In this document: in pieces, positions 38,748 to 49,068 of the stretch
How positions within the stretch are numbered: the stretch's first letter is position 1
Layout of the letters: each line of letters begins with the position of its first letter
NCBI GenBank assembly: GCA_021836035.1
Contig: JAKBJL010000002.1
Span: 3,691-67,690 of the forward strand
Direction of reading: 5' to 3'
DNA from: a bacterium
GTDB taxonomy: Bacteria > Patescibacteriota > Microgenomatia > JAMCZE01
DNA length: 64,000 nt
Program-made: the position numbers and the translations under genes
Notes under the pieces: generated by a model
What the model saw: only the letters and a program-made list of their open reading frames with translations
Told to the model about the DNA's origin: nothing
The model's database searches: none

Positions 38748-39761
38748 TAAATATACCGCCAGGATAATATAACTTTTGTAACTTTTCCCGACCGCCGTGG
38801 CGTAAATCATAGTTATCCCCGGGAGAGCCAGGGCCAAATAGTAAGAAGACATATGCCCGGGAAGAAAATAAAAAGGCAATCCGGCGGTAAGAAACCAGAG
38901 AAGGCCCAGTAGAAATAAGCGCGGGTCATAACGTTTGCGGAAATAGGTATAAAGATTAACCGCCATTAAAATTAAAAATACAGCCAGCAGCAGATAAATA
39001 ACGGGGCTGTCGGGGTTATTCCTGATTCCTTCCGGTAAATCAAAAACCCGCAAGAGATACCAGCGCAGGGTGCCCAAGACCTGGAAATTGAATTTTAAAG
39101 TATAGTCCGCTACTTTCGGGAAGCCGATAAAAATAACCCGGAAAAATAAAAGGAGTCCGTCCAATAACCAAAATCCTGCTAACTTTTGCCGGTTCCCCTC
39201 TCTTAAATACCAGCTGCAAAGAGAAAAAATCGCCGGCAGAACAAAAGCCATTTCGTTGCTGCCCAAAGCCAAAAGAAACATGAGGAGACATAAAACCACA
39301 AAGACAAATCCCTGAAGGAGAAAAAAATAAATTGCGCCGAAGAAAAATAAAGCGCCCAAACTGAAATAAGAAGTGGCTATCCAGTAGAATTCGGCAAAGA
39401 GGGAAATATTTAAGGCATAAAAAAAGACCGCGCTGAGGGCCTTATTTTCTTCTCTAAATAATATTTTCATAATCCGGAAAAGGAAAAACAAACTACCCGC
39501 AAAGGCAAAAAACAAGAGCAAATGGTAACCCACAGGATTATTTCCAAAGAGAAAATTCCCCAGGGAATAAAAAACCTGGATCGCAATCGGCCGGTAGGGA
39601 AAGTGCGGTATGGCGGTAAAAACACCCGTCGTTTGAGCCAAACGCATCAGTATTCTGTCATCCTGAAAAAAGCGGGAGGTAAAAGAGTCGCGGTAAATAA
39701 AGGCTACCAAAGAAACCAGGACAAAGAGGCGGACTTGTGGAAATTTAAACCAATTCTTCAT
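38664..39761 (-). CDS. polytopic membrane protein, GT-C-like (FFQDD motif after TM1)
   Basis: 365 aa with about 10 TM helices. Confidence 0.5.
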   Translation of the reverse strand: MKNWFKFPQVRLFVLVSLVAFIYRDSFTSRFFQDDRILMRLAQTTGVFTAIPHFPYRPIAIQVFYSLGNFLFGNNPVGYHLLLFFAFAGSLFFLFRIMKILFREENKALSAVFFYALNISLFAEFYWIATSYFSLGALFFFGAIYFFLLQGFVFVVLCLLMFLLALGSNEMAFVLPAIFSLCSWYLREGNRQKLAGFWLLDGLLLFFRVIFIGFPKVADYTLKFNFQVLGTLRWYLLRVFDLPEGIRNNPDSPVIYLLLAVFLILMAVNLYTYFRKRYDPRLFLLGLLWFLTAGLPFYFLPGHMSSYYLALALPGITMIYATAVGKSYKSYIILAVYLLLTIFGLDFLRQTHWIILKNTGPIGQF

Positions 39762-40896
39762 AGACCTTTAAAGTTTCCCGCGCGGTTTTGGCCCAGGAAA
39801 AATTACCGGCCTGCCGCAAACCGGCCGTTTTTCGGTCTTCCCTTTCCCGGTTTCCCAGCCGTAAAATTTGGCTCATTTTCTCCGCAATCTCCCCTAAATC
39901 TTCCGGGTTAACATAAAAAGCCGCATCTGCGCCTACCTCCGGTAAACTACCCGTGTTTGAGGTAATTACCGGACAACCGCAAGCCATGGCCTCGAGGACC
40001 GGCACCCCGAACCCTTCGTAAAGACTGGGATAAACAAACGCCGCCGCTCCGCTGTAAAGCGCCGGCAAATCCTCCTGGGGAACAAAACCCAACATCTTGA
40101 TCGTTTTATTATTTTTATTAACTTTATTCACGCTACCCCACCCATAATTGCCGCCCCAAACCAAGTCAACCCCCCCTGTCTCCAGCTGCCGGAAAGCTTC
40201 CCCTACCCTGTCGAGGTTCTTCCTCGGTTCCCGGGTCCCGATACATAAAAAATATTTATTCTCCAGCCGGTATTTTTTTCTTACCGCTTCCACTTCGGCT
40301 AAGGGTTTCGGCGTAAATTCCCTTCCGGCCGCCAGATAAATCACCCTAACTTTCTCCTCGGGGATATTCAATATTTCTCGCAGGTCTTTTTTGGTCGCCA
40401 GCGAGTCCGCGATAATCAGGTCGCATTCGTTTTTAACCCACCGCAGGCGCCGCTTTTGAACGGCGACAATATTTGCTGAGGGGGCAAAAACGTCGGTCCG
40501 GAACTGCGTTTTCGCGTGCGAGGATTGCGGATATTTATAAACCACCAGGTCGTGAACGGTGGTAACCTTCCGGGCTCCGGTGGGCGGCTGGATCCAGTCG
40601 CTGGAATGAAACACATCAACTCCCCCGATCAGACGCTCAAGGGGAAGTACATGCAGCCGGTTCCAGAGAGTTTCCAGGAAACTGGGCGGGAAACCAAACA
40701 ATTTTTCGGAGCAGTTTCCCCCGGATAAAGATCGGGTGAAATTTTCCAGTACCTTTTTCCGCCGCAGACTGGAACCGAAAAGAACGTAACGGTTGTCCTG
40801 GTCGTTTTTAAGCAACTCCCGGACAAGGTTCTCCGTATAGCTAGCTACCCCGGTGCCCGGGAATGCCAACTGGCTGATATCAATCCCTATTTTCAT
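39745..40896 (-). CDS. glycosyltransferase family 4
   Basis: VYPSLYEGFGVPVLEAMACGCPVITS. Confidence 0.8.
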   Translation of the reverse strand: MKIGIDISQLAFPGTGVASYTENLVRELLKNDQDNRYVLFGSSLRRKKVLENFTRSLSGGNCSEKLFGFPPSFLETLWNRLHVLPLERLIGGVDVFHSSDWIQPPTGARKVTTVHDLVVYKYPQSSHAKTQFRTDVFAPSANIVAVQKRRLRWVKNECDLIIADSLATKKDLREILNIPEEKVRVIYLAAGREFTPKPLAEVEAVRKKYRLENKYFLCIGTREPRKNLDRVGEAFRQLETGGVDLVWGGNYGWGSVNKVNKNNKTIKMLGFVPQEDLPALYSGAAAFVYPSLYEGFGVPVLEAMACGCPVITSNTGSLPEVGADAAFYVNPEDLGEIAEKMSQILRLGNREREDRKTAGLRQAGNFSWAKTARETLKVYEELV

Positions 40897-42185
40897 AAGC
40901 GATAAGTCCAGACAACTACGCCGTTAAAATTCCTTTCGCTGGCTTTTTGAAAACCCGCGCTTTCTATAGCCAACCTTTCCCTATCCTGAGGATCAAATAT
41001 TTCCTGGACGTAGCGCAGTAAATAAACATTACCCGTCGGGTTAAGCGTTAAATTATTTTTATCCTCTATTTGCAAATTATGACGGTAATAATAAAGCGGG
41101 GCTGCCTGTGCCAGGCTGGGGATAACCGCCCTGCCGCCGTTACTTTCCATATACGCCACCGCTCCGCGCCAGTCTTCCCGCCAGAAACGCGGATGGAGAT
41201 TAAAAAAGACAAGGCTGGCAAAACTAACGGCTATGACCGCCCCGGGAGCCCAGGAATAGCGGCTTGCTCCGTAGGCTACCAAAAGCAGGAAGGCCGGTAA
41301 GACGAAAAGGAAACGGAAATAGGAAAAAACCGGGACGATTAAGGAAAGTAGATATCCCAAGCCCAACGGGATCAGCAACCAAAACCAGAGGGTGCGCTCT
41401 TTTGCCCCTTTTATTAACCAGAGATAAAACAGAGCCGGAATCCCGAAAACTAGCGCATATAAAACTTTATTATCCAGGGTAATCCTCCCGACGGTAAATT
41501 TAACCAAAGTGAGCGGCAGGGCTTTTAAACTGAACCCGCCGACTACCTCCCGCCAGGCCGGATTATTTCCGGCCAAAGTCCACCCGGCGCCGAGTTGACG
41601 GAAAAGAAAGGGCAGCCAGGGAAGCAGAAAAATAAACAACAAAAGAAAAGATTTTAAAAAGTTTTTGCGGTCTTTGGCTAAAAGCAAAAACACCGGCAAC
41701 ATTAACCAGGTAAGATAGTCCGTATATAAGGCGATTAACAAAGTAAGGATAAACAGGTTTCGCTTCCCGGCGAGATAAAAATATACTGCCATGGCAACCG
41801 CCAGCATTGCCAGGGCATACATGCGGGCTTCCTGAGAATAATAAACCGCCAGCGGATTTACGGCCAAAAACGCCGCCGCCCATAATCCCGTTTGCCGATT
41901 AAAAAGTTTTTTCCCTATTAAATACACCATAAAACAGGCGGCGACACCGAAAATCACGGACGGCAAACGGCTGGCAATTTCCGAAAAGCCCCAAAAGGAA
42001 TCCCAGAATTTGAGCCCTAAATAATAGAGGGGCGGGTGAAAATCCCCGGGGGAGAACCGGGTAATTAAAGCGGCATAGGAATAATTTTTGGCCGCCAGAA
42101 CGCTGATTGCCTCATCCAGCCAAAGAGACTGGTTAAGATTGACCAGCCGGATAATAAATCCGAGAAATAATATCAGATAAATCAT
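40893..42185 (-). CDS. glycosyltransferase family 39 (ArnT/PMT-like GT-C)
   Basis: N-terminal LNQSLWLDEAISV carries the DE motif in loop 1. Topology is polytopic. Confidence 0.6.
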   Translation of the reverse strand: MIYLILFLGFIIRLVNLNQSLWLDEAISVLAAKNYSYAALITRFSPGDFHPPLYYLGLKFWDSFWGFSEIASRLPSVIFGVAACFMVYLIGKKLFNRQTGLWAAAFLAVNPLAVYYSQEARMYALAMLAVAMAVYFYLAGKRNLFILTLLIALYTDYLTWLMLPVFLLLAKDRKNFLKSFLLLFIFLLPWLPFLFRQLGAGWTLAGNNPAWREVVGGFSLKALPLTLVKFTVGRITLDNKVLYALVFGIPALFYLWLIKGAKERTLWFWLLIPLGLGYLLSLIVPVFSYFRFLFVLPAFLLLVAYGASRYSWAPGAVIAVSFASLVFFNLHPRFWREDWRGAVAYMESNGGRAVIPSLAQAAPLYYYRHNLQIEDKNNLTLNPTGNVYLLRYVQEIFDPQDRERLAIESAGFQKASERNFNGVVVWTYRL

Positions 42186-43012
42186 TATTTAGATTTCGGT
42201 TCTTTGAAAAACGAGAATAGCACGCTGACAGAAACGGCCGTGTCATAAATAATCTTAAAAGGAAGGCAGACCGGCTCCCGGAATTTTAATGCCCCGTAAG
42301 CGCCCTTAAATACGGAAAGTAAAGGACAATAGCGCCAGAGGTTATAAAATTTCCGCACCGTATTTCCTGTCAGAAATTCATTTTTCCCGAACCACCTGGC
42401 CTGTCGCCAAACTTCCCCGGGACTCTCAGGATTGCGGTGATAATATTTTGCTCCCGGGGCAACCACCGCCATGGTCCCTAATTTTCTGGCTAAAGTCCAG
42501 TCGTCAGTATAACCGATATTTGCGTCAAAACCGCCCGCTTCCTCAAATTTTGACTTTAAAATCGCCCGGAAAACATGTTGGGTATCCGGATAATTATCGG
42601 GATGCATTTTTTCGGCCAAGCGTCCCAAGTTAAGGTTCCAGCAGCGCGCCCAGGGATTATTTTTATTCAGTAAATATTCTTCTTTGCTAAAAGTTCCGAT
42701 GGTTTTACCGTTTCTTATGGGTTCTGTCAGCTTCTCCAAAAAATCCGGCGCAAATTCCATATCCGCATCCGCGAAAATTAAAATTTCTCCCCGTGCCTTT
42801 TCCGCTCCCAAATTTCTGGCCGCTCCCGGTCCCGCGTGCTTTTGCCGCAGTAAAAGGAAATTATTAATTTTATCGGCTGTTTTATCGGTGCTGCCGTCGT
42901 CTATTACTATCACTTCCGTCTCTTTTGCCACCGTTTGTTTAGCCAGGCTCTCCAAACATTTAGTAATGACATTTTCCTCGTTAAAAACCGGAATAATGAC
43001 GGAGTATTTCAT
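42185..43012 (-). CDS. glycosyltransferase family 2
   Basis: SVIIPVFNEENVITKCLESL...VIVIDDGSTDKT...FADADM. Confidence 0.8.
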   Translation of the reverse strand: MKYSVIIPVFNEENVITKCLESLAKQTVAKETEVIVIDDGSTDKTADKINNFLLLRQKHAGPGAARNLGAEKARGEILIFADADMEFAPDFLEKLTEPIRNGKTIGTFSKEEYLLNKNNPWARCWNLNLGRLAEKMHPDNYPDTQHVFRAILKSKFEEAGGFDANIGYTDDWTLARKLGTMAVVAPGAKYYHRNPESPGEVWRQARWFGKNEFLTGNTVRKFYNLWRYCPLLSVFKGAYGALKFREPVCLPFKIIYDTAVSVSVLFSFFKEPKSK

Positions 43013-44088
43013 AACTCGTTGATTAATTTTTCGTATTGCAGATAAATATTGCTCCAGTCAAACCGGTCCGCGTTGACCAGAATACTTTTCCGGTCTTTAA
43101 TCTTTAACGCCCTTGTTAAAGCATCGGCATATTTATCCGTATCTTCGGGATTTATAAATAGGCCCGCTTCTCCTAAAATCCATCTCGCCCGCGGGGCATC
43201 GGTCGTCACCACGGCTTTCCCGGCAGCCATCGCTTCAAGATATACCATCGGCGAATTCTCCTGGGGAAGAGACGGCAGGGTAACCAGATCGGCGGCCGCA
43301 TAATACTCCGGCATCTCCGTATAAGAAACCGTAAAACTGGCAAAGCGTCCCGGACCAAGGAGCTTTTCTCCCAATTCTTTAATCTCCTCCCCCACATACC
43401 CTTCTCCCAAATGCAGGAGGCTGCCCTTTTTTAATCTGGCTACCGCCGCAATCGCCAAATCGATACGTTTATAAGGAACGGCGGCGGAGGGACAAAGTAT
43501 CAGGGGGCGTTCCAGGTCTAGGCTTCGCGGTTTTGCCTGGGAAAAACGAGACAGATCAACCCCATATGGAATCAGGGTTACTTTTGTCCAGGGAGAAACT
43601 TGTTTCGCCCAACTCTGCGTCGGACCGGTGGTCGCAACAAAAATATCGGGTTTTAACCATAAATTCCACTTATCGTCCCAATACGGTCCGGAATGGCCGG
43701 TAATCAGGATTTTGCCGCCGCAAAACAGGGTAATTACCTTACAAAGCAAAACTTGCCAAAAGCCGTTCAGGGGTATCAGCAAATCAAACTTTCCCCTCCA
43801 TAGGTAAGGGAAAGCCGTAAGAGAAAAGTCCAGAACCGACAACGCCGCTTGGTCGAGGAACAGTTTCTTTAAAAGATTATGCCAGGCGTCGGGATAACTG
43901 CCCTGATGGGGTTGGACTACCGGAGCATTTATCCTGACCACCTTATACTTCTCGTCGCCGCGGGGCTCCCCTCCGTAAAAAAAGAACACCTCGTGCTCGC
44001 CGCTTAACCTTCCGGCCAGTTCCTGGGCAAAACTTTCGGCTCCCCGGTTGTTTACCCCGCTGTAAATGTTTAAAAAAGCAATTTTCAC
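43009..44088 (-). CDS. glycosyltransferase family 4-like
   Basis: GT-B C-domain with LPSLPQENSPMVYLEAMAAGKAVVTTD. Confidence 0.6.
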   Translation of the reverse strand: MKIAFLNIYSGVNNRGAESFAQELAGRLSGEHEVFFFYGGEPRGDEKYKVVRINAPVVQPHQGSYPDAWHNLLKKLFLDQAALSVLDFSLTAFPYLWRGKFDLLIPLNGFWQVLLCKVITLFCGGKILITGHSGPYWDDKWNLWLKPDIFVATTGPTQSWAKQVSPWTKVTLIPYGVDLSRFSQAKPRSLDLERPLILCPSAAVPYKRIDLAIAAVARLKKGSLLHLGEGYVGEEIKELGEKLLGPGRFASFTVSYTEMPEYYAAADLVTLPSLPQENSPMVYLEAMAAGKAVVTTDAPRARWILGEAGLFINPEDTDKYADALTRALKIKDRKSILVNADRFDWSNIYLQYEKLINEL

Positions 44089-44903
44089 AGTAATTTTCTT
44101 TTTAGCCTTTTAAGGGGTGTGGCCAGCATACTTAACAAATATTCTCCGTCATCCATTTTCACCCAGGGAGAAGGAGCTATTTCGGGCCCGGGCAGAGAAA
44201 ATACCTCCGGAAATTCCGCTTTGTCCCCAACCGTTATCCCTATTTCGTATTTTCTTTTCCGCCAGCCCTTGACGCTTTCCCGACTCCCCGATCGCTTCAG
44301 ATGGGTCAGGTGCCAGTAATAAGCGTCGAAAAAACGAAGGTGCTCTTCCTGATTATTCACCGGCCGGCCTTCGCCGTCCGTGTACGCCTCCAGGGGGTAA
44401 TTCCCCCGCCAGGAAAATCCCGGCAGTTTGCGGTACGCCCGGATTGTCAGATGGCCCTTGCGGCCTAATAGGCGATAATTTCCCGCCTCTTCCGGTAAAT
44501 AATGGTAGATATCGCCGACACAATTTCTGGTCCGCATCGCTACCCCGTAAATTTCGGGGCCGGCCCTTTCCAGCAATTGCCGTAAAGCCCGGAGGGTTTT
44601 TTCGTTCCAAACCTCGTCTCCGTCTAAAAGCATAAACCAGTCCGTTTCCGTCTCCCGGATCATGGTATTTCGGGCCCGGGTATGATCCTCTGGGGAATTT
44701 AGAGAACCGCTGTCAAACTTAATCTTGGGATCCTTAATCATTTTAATTATTTCGGCGGTATGGTCGGTGGAGTGGTCATCAAATACCAGCATGCGTTCGA
44801 CTGCATCCTTAACCGACATCAGGCTATACCAAACCCAGTTTTCTTCGTTCTTCACGATAGTATGCGTCGTAATTTTTATCATCTGTCCCGGCTGATAAAC
44901 CAA
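44085..44903 (-). CDS. glycosyltransferase family 2-like
   Basis: ITTHTIVKNEENWV...VFDDHSTDHT...LLDGDE has GT-A DxD features. Confidence 0.65.
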   Translation of the reverse strand: MVYQPGQMIKITTHTIVKNEENWVWYSLMSVKDAVERMLVFDDHSTDHTAEIIKMIKDPKIKFDSGSLNSPEDHTRARNTMIRETETDWFMLLDGDEVWNEKTLRALRQLLERAGPEIYGVAMRTRNCVGDIYHYLPEEAGNYRLLGRKGHLTIRAYRKLPGFSWRGNYPLEAYTDGEGRPVNNQEEHLRFFDAYYWHLTHLKRSGSRESVKGWRKRKYEIGITVGDKAEFPEVFSLPGPEIAPSPWVKMDDGEYLLSMLATPLKRLKRKLL

Positions 44904-46105
44904 AAAAACAACCAGAGAAAAATATTTACCGCGATAAACGTAATCGCCGCGCCGTCTGCCCCCAACGGGGGTATGAGCAGAAAATAAAGGATGACACCCA
45001 AAAATAATTGCAGGACGGAACTTAATAAATGAAGATCCGTTCTTCCCAGGTAATAAACCACCTTCGCCGTATAAGGTCCGGCCAGGGAGAAAAATACCAT
45101 GCCGATTAACAGCAGGACGAAAATACCCACGGCGCCGGCATATTTTTGTCCGAAAAGAAGATTAATTACGAAAGGCGAAAGCAACATCGCCAGAATCAGA
45201 AGCGCTACCAGCCCCGCGGTGATCCAGAGGTAATCCTTAAAGCTTTTGGTGATCTCCTTGTCACGGGAAAATTTCGGCGTGAATACCCCCTCAACGGAGG
45301 CCACTAATTGCGGAAAGACCGAAGAGAGTTTTTGGGCTGAAGAATATATCCCCGTTGCCGCCGGCCCTGCCAAAGCATAAACCAGAGGAATATCAATTTT
45401 ATTAACTATGGTGGACAAAAGGTAGGAACCGCCCAGCCAGGAACTGAATTTCATCGCCGTGACAACATTAAGCGAAAAATCCCGAAAGCTTATCAGCCAT
45501 CCCCCCTCCAGAATAAAAAGAAACGCCAGGCCGATAATTAAGGCGGAAAAATTTGCCAGAGTAAAGATTAAGAGCGCGTTTTGGGGGCTTAGGATGCCGG
45601 AAAAAACGGCCAAAAGCGCCAGGGCAATCCGGACGGCATTGCCGCAAATATTGGTAATCACAAAGTGATAGTACTTTTGCTTTGCTAAAAACGACTGGGT
45701 TACCATAGAGAGGGTTAAAAGAGAAAAAGCGATCAGCGCGGAATTTATAAGGCCAGCCTGAAAAATCAATTCTCCGACCAGCGCCAGAAGGAAAAATAAC
45801 GCCGAGATGATAAGCGCTTCGCTTATTGCTACGGTAAAAACCTGCCGGAATTTTTCACTGTGACCGAATTTGATAATAGACGCGCCGAAACCCAAATCCC
45901 CCAGCCCGGCCGCCAGGACACCGATACCCAGGATGTAGGAGAAATATCCGAAATCGGCTAAAGTCAAATTCCGCAGTACCAAAGTATAGAAAGCCAGGCC
46001 GAGAAGCGAGTTTAAAATCGTTCCGAGGGCCAATACAGCGCTGGATCTGCTGTTACTTCCCAGGTAGTGTGTCAACAATAAGGCGAATGTTTTCCGGCTG
46101 AACAT
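44879..46105 (-). CDS. Wzx-type oligosaccharide flippase (MOP superfamily)
   Basis: 408 aa with about 12 TM helices and a polysaccharide-biosynthesis-protein-like N-terminus. Confidence 0.6.
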   Translation of the reverse strand: MFSRKTFALLLTHYLGSNSRSSAVLALGTILNSLLGLAFYTLVLRNLTLADFGYFSYILGIGVLAAGLGDLGFGASIIKFGHSEKFRQVFTVAISEALIISALFFLLALVGELIFQAGLINSALIAFSLLTLSMVTQSFLAKQKYYHFVITNICGNAVRIALALLAVFSGILSPQNALLIFTLANFSALIIGLAFLFILEGGWLISFRDFSLNVVTAMKFSSWLGGSYLLSTIVNKIDIPLVYALAGPAATGIYSSAQKLSSVFPQLVASVEGVFTPKFSRDKEITKSFKDYLWITAGLVALLILAMLLSPFVINLLFGQKYAGAVGIFVLLLIGMVFFSLAGPYTAKVVYYLGRTDLHLLSSVLQLFLGVILYFLLIPPLGADGAAITFIAVNIFLWLFFWFISRDR

Positions 46106-47519
46106 TAAATTCTACCAGCTTTTCCGGGGGCAGAACCGGTATTTTTTTATCATACAGCCAGGAAAAGTAGGGGTCCATATACGAGCGGGCAGGCTCAACT
46201 CCGAAGTAAGAAAAAAGATAGCGAAAACCGTATATTTCGCAGGCATCATGGCTTTTAGCTTCTAAAACAAAAGGTAACTTCCCAACCTGACCGATGGCCA
46301 CTCTTACTGCTTCTATTTTAACATTATAAGAGAAGCTCCGTCGGGCCCTGTTTAAATTGGTTAAATTCAACACGGCAAATATTCCCAGGGCGCCGAGCAA
46401 CAAAACGCGCCCGAACTTCTTTCCCGCCAGCGGTTCTAAGGTAAAACCGCAGAGCAAAAAAAGCGGTACAAACCCGGGCTCAAAAAAGTATTCCGGCAGA
46501 TTACCTTTATAAATAATTAAACCGGCTAAAGTGCTGAAAACCAACAGAAGCAATAACCTGATTGCCGGAACATTTCTTCCCCGATAAACCAAAAATATTC
46601 CCGTCATCACCAAAAGGATGTCTACCCACCATGGTGAGATACCTCTACGCGGATAATAAGCCGGACAAAGAGTTTGTTCGATCGCCAGGTCGTTTGCCGG
46701 AAAATAAAAAAGACGCGAAGTGCTGCTCCCGAAGCCGGAAACTATAGCAAGCAAACGTGTTCCGACCGGGTAAGCCCCCCCGGAAGAAGTGGTAATATAG
46801 CCGGCCAGAGCGCGGCTATTAATAAAATTATGCCTTAATTCAAAGATAGCCAGGGGGGTCTGTAATAATATAAATAGTACTATAGCGATAACTACGAATC
46901 TGCTCTTTAGGGGGAGACGGAAATAAATCCAGGCTATAAGGGTAAACAATAAAAGGGCCATGCCGGTACCATGCGCGTGGAAAGCCAAAGCTAAAACCGC
47001 CGCCAGCGGAATCGCAAACTTAACTCTCTTGTGCCAAATTTCCCAAATAAACCAGATCGTTAAAGTGGCAAGAATCGGCGTCAGGGAGGCATTCCAGTAG
47101 TGGCGGTCGAAAAGGGACATTAAGAATGAAGCGGCGTATAAGAAAGAGGCTATTAGGCCCGCCGCATAATTAAATATTTTTCGGCCGACATAAAAAAGAA
47201 GAAAGGTATTGATAATCCCCAGGAAAGCAACCGTTAGGCCGAATCCCAAAGGATTTCCCGCAAACAGCTTCGCCGGTAGCGCCATTAAATAGACAAATAA
47301 AGGGCCGGAATAAAGGCCGGTCCCGGCGATATGCCCCCCGATCAGAGGAAAATGGTAACCGGTGGCAATATTGTACGGAAGATAACTCCAATACTCCTCA
47401 TCCATGGTCCAATGAAATAATTCCGCGAAACGGTATAGCCGAAAAAAGGCGGCCAGGAGAACTATTAAGCAAACCGGCAGCCAGGAAACAATAGGGGGAA
47501 TCTTAATTTTTGCTTTCAT
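46053..47519 (-). CDS. GT-C fold membrane glycosyltransferase (WTMDEEYW motif after TM1)
   Basis: 488 aa, polytopic. Confidence 0.5.
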   Translation of the reverse strand: MKAKIKIPPIVSWLPVCLIVLLAAFFRLYRFAELFHWTMDEEYWSYLPYNIATGYHFPLIGGHIAGTGLYSGPLFVYLMALPAKLFAGNPLGFGLTVAFLGIINTFLLFYVGRKIFNYAAGLIASFLYAASFLMSLFDRHYWNASLTPILATLTIWFIWEIWHKRVKFAIPLAAVLALAFHAHGTGMALLLFTLIAWIYFRLPLKSRFVVIAIVLFILLQTPLAIFELRHNFINSRALAGYITTSSGGAYPVGTRLLAIVSGFGSSTSRLFYFPANDLAIEQTLCPAYYPRRGISPWWVDILLVMTGIFLVYRGRNVPAIRLLLLLVFSTLAGLIIYKGNLPEYFFEPGFVPLFLLCGFTLEPLAGKKFGRVLLLGALGIFAVLNLTNLNRARRSFSYNVKIEAVRVAIGQVGKLPFVLEAKSHDACEIYGFRYLFSYFGVEPARSYMDPYFSWLYDKKIPVLPPEKLVEFNVQPENIRLIVDTLPGK

Positions 47520-49068
47520 CGGTTAAGAATTTACCGTTTTTAAACGGGTAAAACTTAATTGCGGAATACCATAAAAACCATACCAGGGAAAGGATATAGA
47601 TAACCCCGAAAAATATCAGGTTATTTGCTTTTAATAGTCCGGGATGGTATTGCGAAAGTTGGGTAATAAATACCTTTAGGCCGGTAAGATCATAATAACT
47701 ACGGGCCACCGTTCCCAAGGCGATAAAGTTTAGGGCGATCATCCCGAACATCAATAAATATATTAATAAATTTTCGGCAAATATAAATCTCGGCGGAATT
47801 AAACTCTTTAGACCGATCAATATGACGGCCATCGCCGGGATAATATTGCTAAACAGGTATCTTCCCTGCAGGCCCTGGGAGAAACCCGTGGACTGCATAA
47901 GCCTCCAGTCCCAGAAAAACAAATATAAGATATAAGAAACGGAAGAGATCAGAAAAAACCCCAACGCCCGCGTTTCAAAAGAAATCTTTTTGGATCTGAT
48001 AACTTTTACAAAATAGATAAATATCCCCAGCCCTGCCAGAGCCGCCACCCTGGTAATTATTTTCATAATAAGGGGCGGTAATGTTACTCCCAGCCATTTA
48101 AAAACGCCCCAATACCAGGGCCACATTTCAAAAACCATCTTCGGCACCCGGAATCTTAAATATTTTGTTATTCCCAAAGAGCGGAGGGGACTGGCGGCAG
48201 TAACCACGGGCATATAGGGAATCGGCCATTGCAAAATAAACGCCGCTAGCGGAAGCAACAATAACCCGGCGGCAAGCATTCCCCCCGCCAATTTACCCCG
48301 GAAACGCGAAAAAATAATCACAGCCCCGGCCACCGGCAAAAAGAAAACCATTAATATTTTGGTCTCCATCCCCAGAAATATAACCAGCGCCAGAACGGCT
48401 AAATAACTTGGTTTTAAGCCGTTCTTGATGATACGAAGGCAAACCAGAATTCCCAGAGAATATAAAAGATTTAGGAGATTATCCGGATGAAAACCGGCGG
48501 CCAGGAAACTAACCATCGGCTGAAAGGCAACCATCACGGCTAAGGCTATAGCCGCTAACCCTTTGCCCCAAATTTCCCTGCCGACCAAAAAGGCGACAAA
48601 TGCCAAAAGCAAATGGCTGATAAGGGAAAGCAGCCGAACGGCGAAAAGCCGGTCCATCAGGCCGTTTTTGTAAAAAAGGTTATACAGCGGTAAGGCCAGT
48701 TGATAGTAAAGGGGAGGATATCCCGCCGCTTCCCGGCCCACGTAAGCAGTCCGCGCGGATAGAGGCTGGGAGTTGATTAACCCCTCGTTAATCCCGTTAA
48801 AATTTTTAGCATAGGCGATTTTATAATCCGGATGATAGGTATATTTATTGTTACCGAAATTATCCCGTTTGGTTCCGAGCAGTTCTTCGGAGAGGGCAAC
48901 TTCCCGGGAAAGATTAAGTTCAGCGATTTGCAGGGTCTTTTTTTCCGCGTACCATTGCAGTTGCACAAAATGCGCCTGTTCATCCGGCGCCTGCCAAGGA
49001 GGAACCACCAGCCACCAGATCAGGCTTTTAAAAAAAAGTGCTGAAAATAAGATTATCAGCAGCTTCAT
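47503..49068 (-). CDS. GT-C fold membrane glycosyltransferase, DUF2142/ArnT-like (APDEQAH motif after TM1)
   Basis: 521 aa, polytopic. Confidence 0.5.
   Translation of the reverse strand: MKLLIILFSALFFKSLIWWLVVPPWQAPDEQAHFVQLQWYAEKKTLQIAELNLSREVALSEELLGTKRDNFGNNKYTYHPDYKIAYAKNFNGINEGLINSQPLSARTAYVGREAAGYPPLYYQLALPLYNLFYKNGLMDRLFAVRLLSLISHLLLAFVAFLVGREIWGKGLAAIALAVMVAFQPMVSFLAAGFHPDNLLNLLYSLGILVCLRIIKNGLKPSYLAVLALVIFLGMETKILMVFFLPVAGAVIIFSRFRGKLAGGMLAAGLLLLPLAAFILQWPIPYMPVVTAASPLRSLGITKYLRFRVPKMVFEMWPWYWGVFKWLGVTLPPLIMKIITRVAALAGLGIFIYFVKVIRSKKISFETRALGFFLISSVSYILYLFFWDWRLMQSTGFSQGLQGRYLFSNIIPAMAVILIGLKSLIPPRFIFAENLLIYLLMFGMIALNFIALGTVARSYYDLTGLKVFITQLSQYHPGLLKANNLIFFGVIYILSLVWFLWYSAIKFYPFKNGKFLTDESKN

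Noticed and set aside
37400-38760. Possible invertible-DNA switch flanking the single plus-strand GT-C gene
   Set aside because: Only a weak, imperfect inverted similarity was found at the two boundaries (around atgggcaaac and atgggtttgcc), which is not convincing. The inversion is kept as an observation only.
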